Shown here: positions 53,601 to 64,000 of the stretch, in pieces | Position numbering within the stretch: position 1 is the stretch's first letter | How the letters are laid out: every line of letters starts with the position of its first letter | Origin: Mytilus edulis | Taxonomy: Eukaryota | Reading direction: 5' to 3' | DNA length: 64,000 nt | Assembly (NCBI RefSeq): GCF_963676685.1 | Contig: NC_092344.1 | Span: 31,558,001-31,622,000, forward strand | Notes under the pieces: generated by a model | What the model was told of the DNA's origin: nothing | Database searches by the model: none | What the model saw: only the letters and a program-made list of their open reading frames with translations | Program-made: the position numbers and the translations under genes

Positions 53601-56600
53601 GTCAGATTTCCTAAGGTTCCTGAATTCTTATTATTCATAATAGGTCTTTAGAGTAAGGGCACGTCTTCACAATCAAGCAGCTCTTATTTAGGCCACACAC
53701 TGCCCTTTGGCGGCATTTTGAAGAACAAACCAATTTCAATTACACAGAAACATTTTGAATATGTATGCGATTTACATGTATTATTATTGTCGCCTTTGAT
53801 TTTTCCGTATATCTTGTTCATCCGTTTTATCCGGTACACTTCCGTTAGGTGTCCGTTTTTGTGGTACTCGTCCGTTGAATGTACGTTCGACATCCGTTTT
53901 GTCCGGTACGTGTCTGTTTCTCGTACGTTGTATATCCGGTGTGTGTCCGTTATGCATCCGTTACACGTCCGTTTTATTCGGTCAGTACATCAACGGACTC
54001 CCAACGGATAACAATTTTGTCAACGGACAACTTTTATTTTCATCCGTTATGCGTCCTTCCGTGCTATCCGGTAAGGTGTGACCGAGGGTTTTGAACGGAC
54101 GTCCAACGGATAAAATGTCCGTTGAACGTCCGTTAGGTGTCCGTTTTGTACGGTACTCGTCCGTTTCATTTCCGTTTTGTATCCGTTACGTGTCCGTTAT
54201 ACATCCGTTGGAGGTCTGGAAGATAAATTCACCAACGGACTTCTACCGGACGTTTAACGGATAAAACGGATGTTGAACGGATGAGAAACGGACGTCTACC
54301 GGACGTATAACGGATAAAACAGATGATGAACGGATCTGAAACGGATAAATGCAAATTGAAAATTTCGCGTCAGAAATGCCAATTATTGGTATGTCAGATT
54401 TCTTAAGGTTCATCATTTCTTATTATTCATAATCGATCTTAGAGTATAGGCACGTCTTCACAATCAAGCAGTTCTTATTCAGGCCAGACACTGTCCTTTG
54501 GCGGAATTTTGAAGAATAAACCAAAACCAGTTACACAGAAACATTTTGAATATGTATGCGATTTACATGTATTGTTATTGTCGCCTTTGATTTTTCCGTA
54601 TATCTTGTTCATCCGTTTTATCCGGTACGCTTCCGTTAGGTGTCCGTTTTATGCGGTACTCGTCCGTTGGATGTATGTTCGACATCCGTTCTGTCCGGTT
54701 CGTGTCCGTTTCTCGTACCTTGCATATCCGGTGTGTGTCCGTTATGCATCCGTTACACGTCCGTTTTATTCGGTCAGTACATCAACGGACTCCCAACGGA
54801 TATTAATTTTGTCAGTGGAAAACTTTTATTTTCATCCGTTAGGCGTCTGTTCGTGCTATCCGGTAAGGTGTGACCGAGGCTTAACATTTCTTATCTTTAT
54901 TACCTTTCTATACATTTCTAGGAATATGATTGGTTAAAAGTGTCTGCGTGAAGACTGTGTATATTTCATATTAGGTTAGTACGGAGGCGGGGCTTATTTA
55001 GTACACGGTTAGTAGTGGTGTTACGTCCCTTTATATTCCATATTAGGTAATAAAGGAGGCGGGGCTTATTTCATGTACGGTTAGTAATGGTGTTACTTAC
55101 CTTTATGAAAACAAAACGGTACTGAGAAAAAATCTTAAAGGTTGCAACAGACGAAGAAACTGATGATTAAGGTGGAAATAAATTCATAAAACACATTTAA
55201 ACCTAACAAGTTGTTATTGTTGGCATCTGTTTTTGTAGGTTCAATGGAAGTAGTTTTTTTTAATGCGAACAGTATTGAAGAACCACTCATTTTGATAGGT
55301 CAAGTGCTAGTCTTAATTTCACACGTTAAGATAGTCGGTAAGATAAATTATTTTCACTTGTGCTAGTGACGTAATACGGTATATATGGGGTCATAAAATT
55401 CCATATGGGGATTCCAGCTTCGATCTCATATGGAATTTACTGACCCCATATATACCGTATCAGGTCACTAGCACCATATGTAACTAATAATATTTCTGTC
55501 CGTAGGTTCTTTGTGTTTTCTGGATGAATATTTGTTTTTTACCATATTATATGAATTGATTATATAGAAAATCAACCTTCCCTAACACAAGGAACACTAA
55601 AGGCACATATAATAATATGGCACTGGATGATAGTTAAAAAACTTCGTTTTGTATATTGTGTATCATAAACAATGAAAACGTTTTTGCGCCACTTTCAATA
55701 TCTGTCAATCTAACAAAGATAAAGATTTAATGTTTTTTTTTCTTCAGTTTTGGAAGTTTCTGGTGAATACTGTTACTACTACTATTCATACGACTATGGT
55801 TATTATTACTATGAATGTGACTATTCAGTAAGTGGGTAAGTAACATTTCCTTACTTCTTTGCCTATTTTAACCTTTGTTATATTAGTTAAAATTGTAATT
55901 CTACAGGACTTTACTGAAATGTCCTTTTCATTAATTCATCTGGGATGCCATATTGTTGAGCAGGTTAATTGATGAATAACACATCAGGCGGTTGTGAATA
56001 ATGTGTGTGTTTTTTTACTTTTTCATAAGTAAAACAAGTTAAGCATACAAGAACTTACAAAATTTCCAAATAATCTTTGAATTAGAAGACAAATGCAATG
56101 CTAGTATACCGATTTTTAAAAGTTAAAAAAAAAACAAAAAACTGTGGGAAACATATCAACTATCGGAGGAAAACAATGGAACATCAGGAACACTGACGTA
56201 TATCAAATAAAGGCAACAGTAGTATACCGCTGTTCAAAACTCATAAATCCATGGACAAAAAACAAAATCGGGGTAACAAACTAAAACTGAGGGAAACGCA
56301 TTAAATATAAGAGGAGACCAACAACACAACATCAAAATGTAACACAAACAGAAACGGACTAAGCATTAGACAAAATCCTATGAGAATAACAAATATAACA
56401 TCAAAACTAAATACATGAATTTGGGATAGATAAGTACCGTGACACATCTTATAGTAATGTGAATTCACACTAAAAAAATAAGAGAAAACAAACGCCAACA
56501 CACACAGAAACGAGCTATTTTATTACAACTGCCATATTCCTGACTTTTTAAAGACCATTATAAGAAAAAAAAAATGCTGTGTTAAACCTCCCGTTTTATG

Positions 56601-59600
56601 ACAATTCAATAAAAATATCGCAAAATCACTACGTGACAGCAATGAATCACAAACATACGCAATATTATTCATAACAGAGAAACGAATAAACAAATAATAT
56701 CATAGTCGACCCAACATGCAAACTGCTGAACAACACTTATTTATTCTATCTACGATATAAAAAAACCAGTGATGCGCTTACGGAACTAACATGCACAATA
56801 GAAGCATTAGTCATTATCTTGGTTCCACGATAACTGGGCAGGTGGATGAGCTTTTTATGAATTGTATAATCAATGTACATTGAAATTTTGAACTATATTT
56901 TCTCTACATTTAATTTTTTTTAATGTGAAACCAATGTGAAGAAGTAGTTCTGGTAAAGAGTAACAATTGTTTGCACAAATGTTTTTCAAGACAGTAGTTC
57001 GACCATTTGTACTACATATTTTGATAATTTTACACCAAGAATGGCAATCTGGCTATTATTAGAGTAAATGGTTATCTGATTAACGTCCAGCGGTAAACAA
57101 TATATACATTTATTCATGAAAAATAAATATTACTTTGATTTTAATAGACCGATACAATGGTCATAGAAAATTCTTCACCTGGATGAGAATAACTTGCTGA
57201 TATATTGGATTCACATATTATTTTTACGTGCATATATTAATTGGTACTTACCTTTTCAGTGGTTCCATAGCTGGAGCGGTAATAGGAACTATAATTTTTA
57301 TAGTTGTCCTTGTTGTCATTATTACTATATGTAAAAACCACAATAGAACAAGGGTGACAACTATTCGTACCCCTCACTCTGTCGGAACTTCTGTTATCAC
57401 ACAACAGCAACAACACCAAGGTAATCTTAATGGACAGAGACGGTATCAATTTTTTTTTTGTAAAAAAAAAAATTAGGTTTACTTCTGGTTTCGTTGCATA
57501 ATCTTGTGCTCAAAACAATTTTAAATATTTTTTTGAGGGATCAGCATGTATGTATGGTACGGAAAACATGTTTAGTCACGAACACTTTAAAAAAGGGTAA
57601 ACTAGTTGTTACGAGACGTAAAATTGACGATGTCTGTTTGTTCATCATTCTCCATATCTTTTCATTTTTTTATCATCTTATTGAAGGGGATATAACTGAG
57701 ATTTTATGATTATGAGAAAATGCATCGAGTTAATATATATATGTATCTTACACGATAAGAATTTATTTCTTTATTTATAAAATTGTTTTAGCTACATGCT
57801 TATTTGATACCGAAAATTAAGAATTTTCTTTTCCCAGCATATTTTACTGTAGCCATGTCTATCACACGTTTTGGAATTGTGGGTGCTTGATGCTCTTTTA
57901 CTTTTTTGGCTCTCTAACAATTTCGATCTGAGCGTCACTGATGAGTCTTGTGTAGATTAAACTTACGCCTAGTGTATCAAAATATAAATCTGGTACCTTT
58001 GCAATCTTATTAAAATAAGTTCTCATCACTTGCTCCTCGAATTTTTATATGTCGACACGGCGAAATATAAAACATCGAGGAGCAAGTGACGAGAACTTAT
58101 TTAATAAGATTGGTACCTTTGATAACTATTTGATTTATTTGAAAAGTTTGCTTTGAATTGATCAGCTGACGTTTTCAAAGACACCAGTGTCACCGTTTTG
58201 ATACGTCCATGACTGAGGATTGGAGCATTGAATAAGCAGACAAAGAAATATATAATGCACATGCAGACAGACAAACGTTTGCAGCAGATTTATTTGAAAA
58301 TTTACTTTTTTTGTTAGAAATATGACTTAATTACTATTCTTTCATTCAATTTGGCTATAAACTTGTGAAATAAACCGTTAAATTGAAACGAGAACAATAC
58401 TTTTATTTTGAAACTTCAGCGCAGTCATCCGAATAGATTTTTTTAGTTCCGGCTGAAGTTTCCTGATTGGTCGACACTCTAGCGCGCGGATATGGATAAA
58501 TACTAGCGATAATTTTATTCAAAATCGAGTCGAGTAAGAATGAAATTATCACATAATAGCGATAATTGTTTGTCTCGGCTTTTGCTAATTAATTTTTATC
58601 TCAATTTTTGATTGTGTTGTCTTGCTCTTTGTTTTTATATCTAGTGATTTGTGCTTTTAAAAAAGTATATAAGAATTCATTGAATTAAAAAGAAGAAGTA
58701 AGCAGATCTGATATGAGTGCCAATGAGATTTATCTTCATCCAAGTCATAATGTATAAAAATTAACAGTTATAGGTCAACCTCCGACCTTCAATACAGAGA
58801 CATGGCTTACACTGAACAGCAAGCCATAACCCCCCGCCCCCCCCCAAATAAATGAAATATGTCTATAACAATACTATTAGGGAAACCAACTGTCTCATAT
58901 GCATAAAAAACGAAAACCACTGAACAACAGGTTCACAAGCCCAGTAGTCAGCACTTCGGTGTTGACATAGATATCAATTATATGGTCATTTCTAAAAATT
59001 TCCTGTTCACAAAACGTTGAATTTTTCGATTAATTAAAGGATTTTTTTTTATCCCAGGAATAGATTACTGTAAATTCCGAAATTATTGCGATGTTTTTAT
59101 TATTGCGAAAAAATGCAGGGTAAAATTCGCAATAATTGAAACTCGCATTTTTAAATGATGTATATGAATTAAACAGGATTTTTCTCAATATCGCAAAACT
59201 TAAAATCGCATTTGAGTCTTAAATGACAAAATCGCAATAATAAATGCACGCAATAATTTCTGAATTTATTATAACCTTAGCCGTATATGACACAACGTTT
59301 TAGAAATTATGGTCCTTAATGCTCTTTAACTTTGTACTTGTTTGTCTTTATAACTTTTTTGATCTGAGCGTTATTGATGTATCTTATGTAGACGAAACGT
59401 GCGTCTGGGGTACTAAATTATAATCCTGGTACCTTTGATAAATATTCTACAAAGTGTGAAACAATAAAACTCGCAAGATAAACCAATAGTCATTTTTTAC
59501 TCCTAAACTTAGATTTTAGGTATCTAGCGTGTGTGAAGCATATAAAGAATGGGTCTGACGTATTAACTTATAATTCTGGTTACTTTGATAATTTTTTTAC

Positions 59601-60296
59601 TAAGGACAAGTGCATACAGATAAAGCTTGTCGAAACATTTTAACAGGCACTTAAATTCACACTAACCTTAAACAGAAGTATCACATTACAACATTGAAAG
59701 ACACACTATAAAATATAAATTCAAACGGTTTAACTTGACCAAAAAAGAAAGATTACAAGCTAAAATATCACATCAAACAATAAAATGATTGAATGACGTC
59801 CGATTTACTCTAAGGTGCAAAATCTGAATATGTATTTGGACCATAATCTTATAATGTTATTGAGAACTGATAATTTTCTTTTGACTAGGCTGGTACGCAT
59901 GTCATAAACACTGCTTCATCGGGATGAAGTAAATGAATAACATGTATGCAAAAAAAATGCAACAAAAAAGAAACAGTCCACTTTCAGTTTTTAACTTAAC
60001 AAGAACAATATAAAAACGGTTTAAAAAGTATTCCCTTATGATTTTTCAACATTCCCGGTAAGAGAAAAAAAGGTTTAATAAGCTATAAAACGGCAATCGT
60101 TGTAAGGAACGCTATAAAGTGTGAGTAGTTTACACTGAATAACTTTCTATTGTTTGTCATTTCAGCTCCACAACCAATGATGTATGGCCAGTATCCGCAA
60201 CCAGGCGGCCCAATGTATAATCAACCACCAGCGTATCCGCCGCCTCAACGAAACTATCCACCACCACCACAAGGAAACTATCCACCGAGATACTAA
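50641..60296 (+). CDS. CYYR1/Shisa-like single-pass membrane protein, paralog D; join(50641..50695, 55748..55835, 57260..57420, 60166..60296), 144 aa
   Basis: Protein: MDLVRRILFSSLLNLIISVLEVSG-EYCYYYYSYDYGYYYYECDYSVSG-GSIAGAVIGTIIFIVVLVVIITIC-KNHNRTRV...QPPAYPPPQRNYPPPPQGNYPPRY. Canonical splice sites, frame preserved. Confidence 0.9.
51011..51358. repeat. dispersed high-copy repeat (AAAGATACCAAAGGGACA...CATGTGGCACCCGTCGTG family)
   Basis: Related copies occur near 22570-22880, 36895-37125, 38580-38810 (inverted) and 42965-43320. Confidence 0.7.
51742..51952. mobile_element. TA-flanked MITE
   Basis: TA|CCGTATAGCGGGCTATTTTCGCGG ... CCGCGAAAATAACCCGTTTTACGG|TA. Confidence 0.75.
53211..54881. 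repeat. TCCGTT/AACGGA-rich non-autonomous element with a ~792-bp tandem duplication
   Basis: GAACGGACGTCCAACGG at 53301 and 54093. Both units end in GGTGTGACCGAGG, and the last is followed by CT|TAA (PIF/Harbinger-like end, tentative). Confidence 0.75.
58002..58112. mobile_element. 111-bp hairpin micro-MITE with a perfect 9-bp TSD, inserted in a retrozyme remnant
   Basis: GTACCTTTG|CAATCTTATTAAAATAAGTTCTC ... GAGAACTTATTTAATAAGATTG|GTACCTTTG. Confidence 0.8.
58938..59445 (+). mobile_element. degenerate retrozyme copy interrupted by a CTGTAAATT MITE (about 59069-59270)
   Basis: Body matches about 35495-35770. The hammerhead core is mutated (TTGATGT...GAAACGTGCGTC). Confidence 0.65.
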
Positions 60297-61899
60297 TAAT
60301 ATATCAGTTACAAGCAAACAATCAACCAAAATTCAAAGTGTTTAAAATTCACACATTTCTTATTGTGAATTATGCGTTTAGTTCTCGCTACATTGAAGAC
60401 ATGATGGTGACCTTTTGCTGTTGTTTTTTCTATGGTCGGGTTGTTGTCTCTTTGACACATTCCCCATTTCCATTCTCAATTTTATTATATTCCTCATATT
60501 TAGTTATGTTATATTATAGTTCGTTTCTGTGTGTATTACATTATAACGTTGTGTCGTTTGTTTTCTCTTATTTTTGAGTGTAAATTCACATTGCGATAAG
60601 ACGTGTCACGGTACTTGTCTATCCCAAATTCATGTATTTGGTTTTGATGTTATATATATTATTCTCGTGGGATTTTGTCTATGTGTGTTACATTTTAGTG
60701 TTGTAATCGTTGTTCTCCTCTTATATTTAGTGCGTTTCCCTCGGTTTTAGTTTGTTATCCCGATTTTGTTTTTTGTCCATGGATTTATGAGTTTTGAACA
60801 GCGGTATACTACTGTTGCCTTTATTTATACCCTTAATTTTGATATCTTACAGCGTGAGACTTAAATGACAAGGAAAGAATATGAAGTCAACGTATTTTGT
60901 ACAATCGATAAACTTTTTTAATAAAAAAACTGCTGATTTAATAAATTCCATAATAAACTTAAAGTCTTCTGATTTTGAAGAAAGTTTAAACAATTTGTTT
61001 TGTATCTGTGTATCTGTGATGTATTATTTACATTTCGAAATTTTGTATTAGAACATGAAAAAAAACACTTGTGGTGAACAAACACGAAATTGACAAAGCA
61101 CTAAAAATGTTGATAAACCTCGTACCATTAATTTTCTTAATTGAGGACAAATTGTGTTTGTAGTTTTTGATTTCGTTATAATGCCAAACAAAAACCAACA
61201 AAATTAACACTCAGCAATTAATAATAAATCTTCGGTATATTGTAAAAGTTTTGTCGTACACATACCACTTACAACTGAAAACTGGTTAGAATGAATCGTC
61301 TTCATCATATCAGACAATATGGTAGCCTCTTTGATTAAATACTTTTAAATGATTAACGTCCAATTTCTATTGGTTGTCAACATTTCAATGTTTCTTTACT
61401 TCCGAAAATCCAAAATGAGAATGTTAAGATATTTTAAGTACTTTTTTCATAAAGTCATTGTCTTATATCATAACAGCAGTATCATTTATATCTGGTTGTG
61501 TGCCAGACTATTTTTACAGCTACATGAAGATGTTATTTCAATAATTCTGTCTTTTACAATTTCTAAAAACGCCATTTATATTCTTATTTCTTTTGCTTCA
61601 TTAATTTTAAATTTCATTCTTCTTGTGTGTTTGCAAATTTATTTCAGAATTATAAAAAAAGAACGGATATGGAGTATCTATCCATGACTAAAATCAGTAC
61701 ATGAACAGCAAAACAACCAACAAAGTAACAGTACTTATATTACTGTTCTTTATCTCACAGTAACAGTAATTTGGAAATGCATTCATGTTTGATCTTTGTA
61801 CTGTCTGCCTTTTCTCTTTTGGTGCTTAGTAAGTAGCACAGTATAATTTGTTTTTATTATTAACAGATTAAAACTTTGTAAATATTTATTTACATCTTT

Positions 61900-63290
61900 A
61901 AATCCTAAGAGATACCATTTCAATAATGACAATCGTGTTAATGATGACAAACGTGATGCCTAACATATTCCAAAAAAGGCTTTTTCATTGACTGGTAGAA
62001 ACCTTTAACTATGCACTGAAATTGTCAATGACAACAAATTTATTTGACTTTTGGTTGATATTTTTGTCACTGACGACCAAAATATTATTGGATGTTTGTT
62101 CTTCCTAAGCACCAAGATGTTCGACTAAACAGTTTTCTAAAACGTTGACTTCTATTTTTTATAGTATACAATGGCCTTTAAAAGTATTGTGATACGATAT
62201 AATAACATTCTGGGGTTGATTCAGATGTTGATTCTTAAAAAAATCTACAGATTTATTGCAAAATCTTAGATCGCAATTACTTTTTGCAATTGTGTAGTAA
62301 CATTAAGAGTTTTGATTTTACTACAATTTACATTGCTGTTCCCCATGGTATATTGTAAAATCGCCTCCACCATTTGACCAAACAGAGCTTTTCCTATAAA
62401 AATGGGAATTGTAGATATATATTTCTTATTTTGGTTTGGAATAAATGTTATTTTGTGAAGGACAATAATGATTCTATCAGAATAATACATTGAAGATGAT
62501 ATTATCAAAATTTTTGATAATTTTGATGTTTGTTCTGCTTAAGCACCAATATGTTCGACTAAACAGCTTTCTAAAACGCTGACTTCTATTATTTTTATAG
62601 TATATAATGGCCTTTAAAAATATTGTGATGCGATATATTAACATTCTGGGGTTGATTCAGATGTTGATTCTTAAAAAATTCTATAGATCTATTGCAAAAT
62701 CTTAGATCGCAAATACTTTCTGCAATTGTGTAGTAACATTAAGAGTTTTGATTTTACTACAGTTTACACTGCTGTTCCCCATGATATAGTGTAAGATCGA
62801 CTCCACCATTTAACCAAACAGAGCTTTTCCTATAAAAATGGGAATTGTTGATATAAATTTCTTGTTTTGGTTTACAATAAATATTATTTTGTGAAGGACA
62901 ATAATGATTCTATCAGAATAATACATTGAAGATGATATTATCAAACTTTTTGATAATTTTGATCGACAATTATATTATTGAGTTTGGAGGATTGGTATTT
63001 CAACATAGAGTCGGTATCCAAATGCATACTAATTGTGCATCTCACTGGCTGAATTGTTTTTGAACTTGCTTGAAGCAGAATTTTGTCAGAACATTTTAAT
63101 GGACAAAAGGAAAGCATTTTGCAAATTCTTGAATTTTACATTCAGATGTATAATTGATGATGTCCTACCACTGAATAACCCATATTTCAATCAGGACTTA
63201 TATTTCATGTATTCCAGATAATTTGAAATTAAGGATACTACTGATAGTGACAGCTTCATACCTTGATATTCTAATCAATATTGCCACAGC
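61900..63290 (+). pseudogene. decayed Penelope-like element RT with an internal 435-bp tandem duplication
   Basis: Broken frames read ILKNS.DLL, IKSFDFTT.YTAVPH, YFVK, LIDN..EFGG.VFQ..VGI.M.TNCA, FNFTFR.IDDVL.LNN and ASYLDI. The duplicated units start near 62092 and 62527. Confidence 0.7.
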
Positions 63291-64000
63291 GTTTTTTTTC
63301 GTTGTGATAAAATTGCTTTACTTTTTGAAGTAATTGAATAGGAACTATACGTATGGTTCCAGCTAAAAAATATCAGAAACCAGGAGAAAAGTATATAAAC
63401 TTTCAAAATAGCATAAAAAAAATCCTCTCAGCTATTCCATTTTCACGGTATCAATGCGCAAACCCAATATATGCTTACCTTGCGTATGCTTGGGCATTAT
63501 ATAAACCGTTTTCAAAAATAACATTTTCCGGACTACGGTTTCAGTGATTTGAATTTGCTTCAACACAACTATAACAATAGCAAAACTCTTGTGAAGTTTT
63601 ACGATAATCGAAAAAAAAAATACACAGAACTCTGATCTTTTGCACATAAAATGTGACATTGGACACTACTTTTTTGCATAAAAATGGGATAATCAAGTTT
63701 TATAATTCTTGGTATTCTAAATTGCGGGTTCTTTTGTTCTTTATTACCTAGTCTCATGTAATAAATTCAATCAGATATCTACTATATTTTTATCGAACTG
63801 AGCAGTCTACGTATTTATGTATATGCTAATATATAGCATAATATAATTCGTACCAACATAGTGCACACCGTTATGGTGTCTACATATTTCAGTTGATACG
63901 TTATGCTCGTGCATTTTCACACTATATGGACTTCATATACAGAAGTGTGCACTTTACACAGAAACTGATCCAACAAAGTTATGAGGAGGAAAGATTTAAA

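Noticed and set aside
52869-54937. Overlapping Arg/Cys/Val-rich ORFs
   Set aside because: They are products of the TCCGTT-rich repeat and differ in frame between the two units.
27123-60296. Identification as mussel foot/byssal adhesive proteins or as true immunoglobulin-related genes
   Set aside because: The proteins have a TM helix and PPxY tail and lack adhesive repeats. There is no Ig domain or recombination signal, so the CDR-H3 likeness is compositional only. The symbol CYYR1 is withheld because orthology cannot be shown here.

Overview
AT-rich, intron-containing animal genomic DNA, most likely a bivalve (Mytilus-like; inferred from the repeat and retrozyme families, not proven). No prokaryotic features, CRISPR, rRNA or tRNA genes are supported. 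Contents: (1) a complete WASH1 (WASHC1) coding sequence on the minus strand in three exons (159-4489). (2) A dense stack of nested mobile elements upstream of it: non-autonomous Helentron/HINE-like elements, MITEs and a 5'-truncated CR1-type LINE with an uninterrupted ORF2. (3) A tandem array of four plus-strand, four-exon genes (19664-60296) that the ORF track largely misses. I assembled them by hand from splice sites. They encode small single-pass CYYR1/Shisa-like proteins: signal peptide, a ~20-aa ectodomain that is one Cys-(Tyr-rich)-Cys loop, a glycine-zipper TM helix and a PPxY tail. (4) Hammerhead-ribozyme retrozyme copies, two with intact cores, one of them a full 354-nt unit in sense orientation inside an intron. 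(5) A decayed Kolobok-like transposon with a divergent second ORF, and a decayed Penelope-like RT. The best candidate for an undescribed system is the array of minimal Tyr-loop membrane proteins with a variable loop tip.
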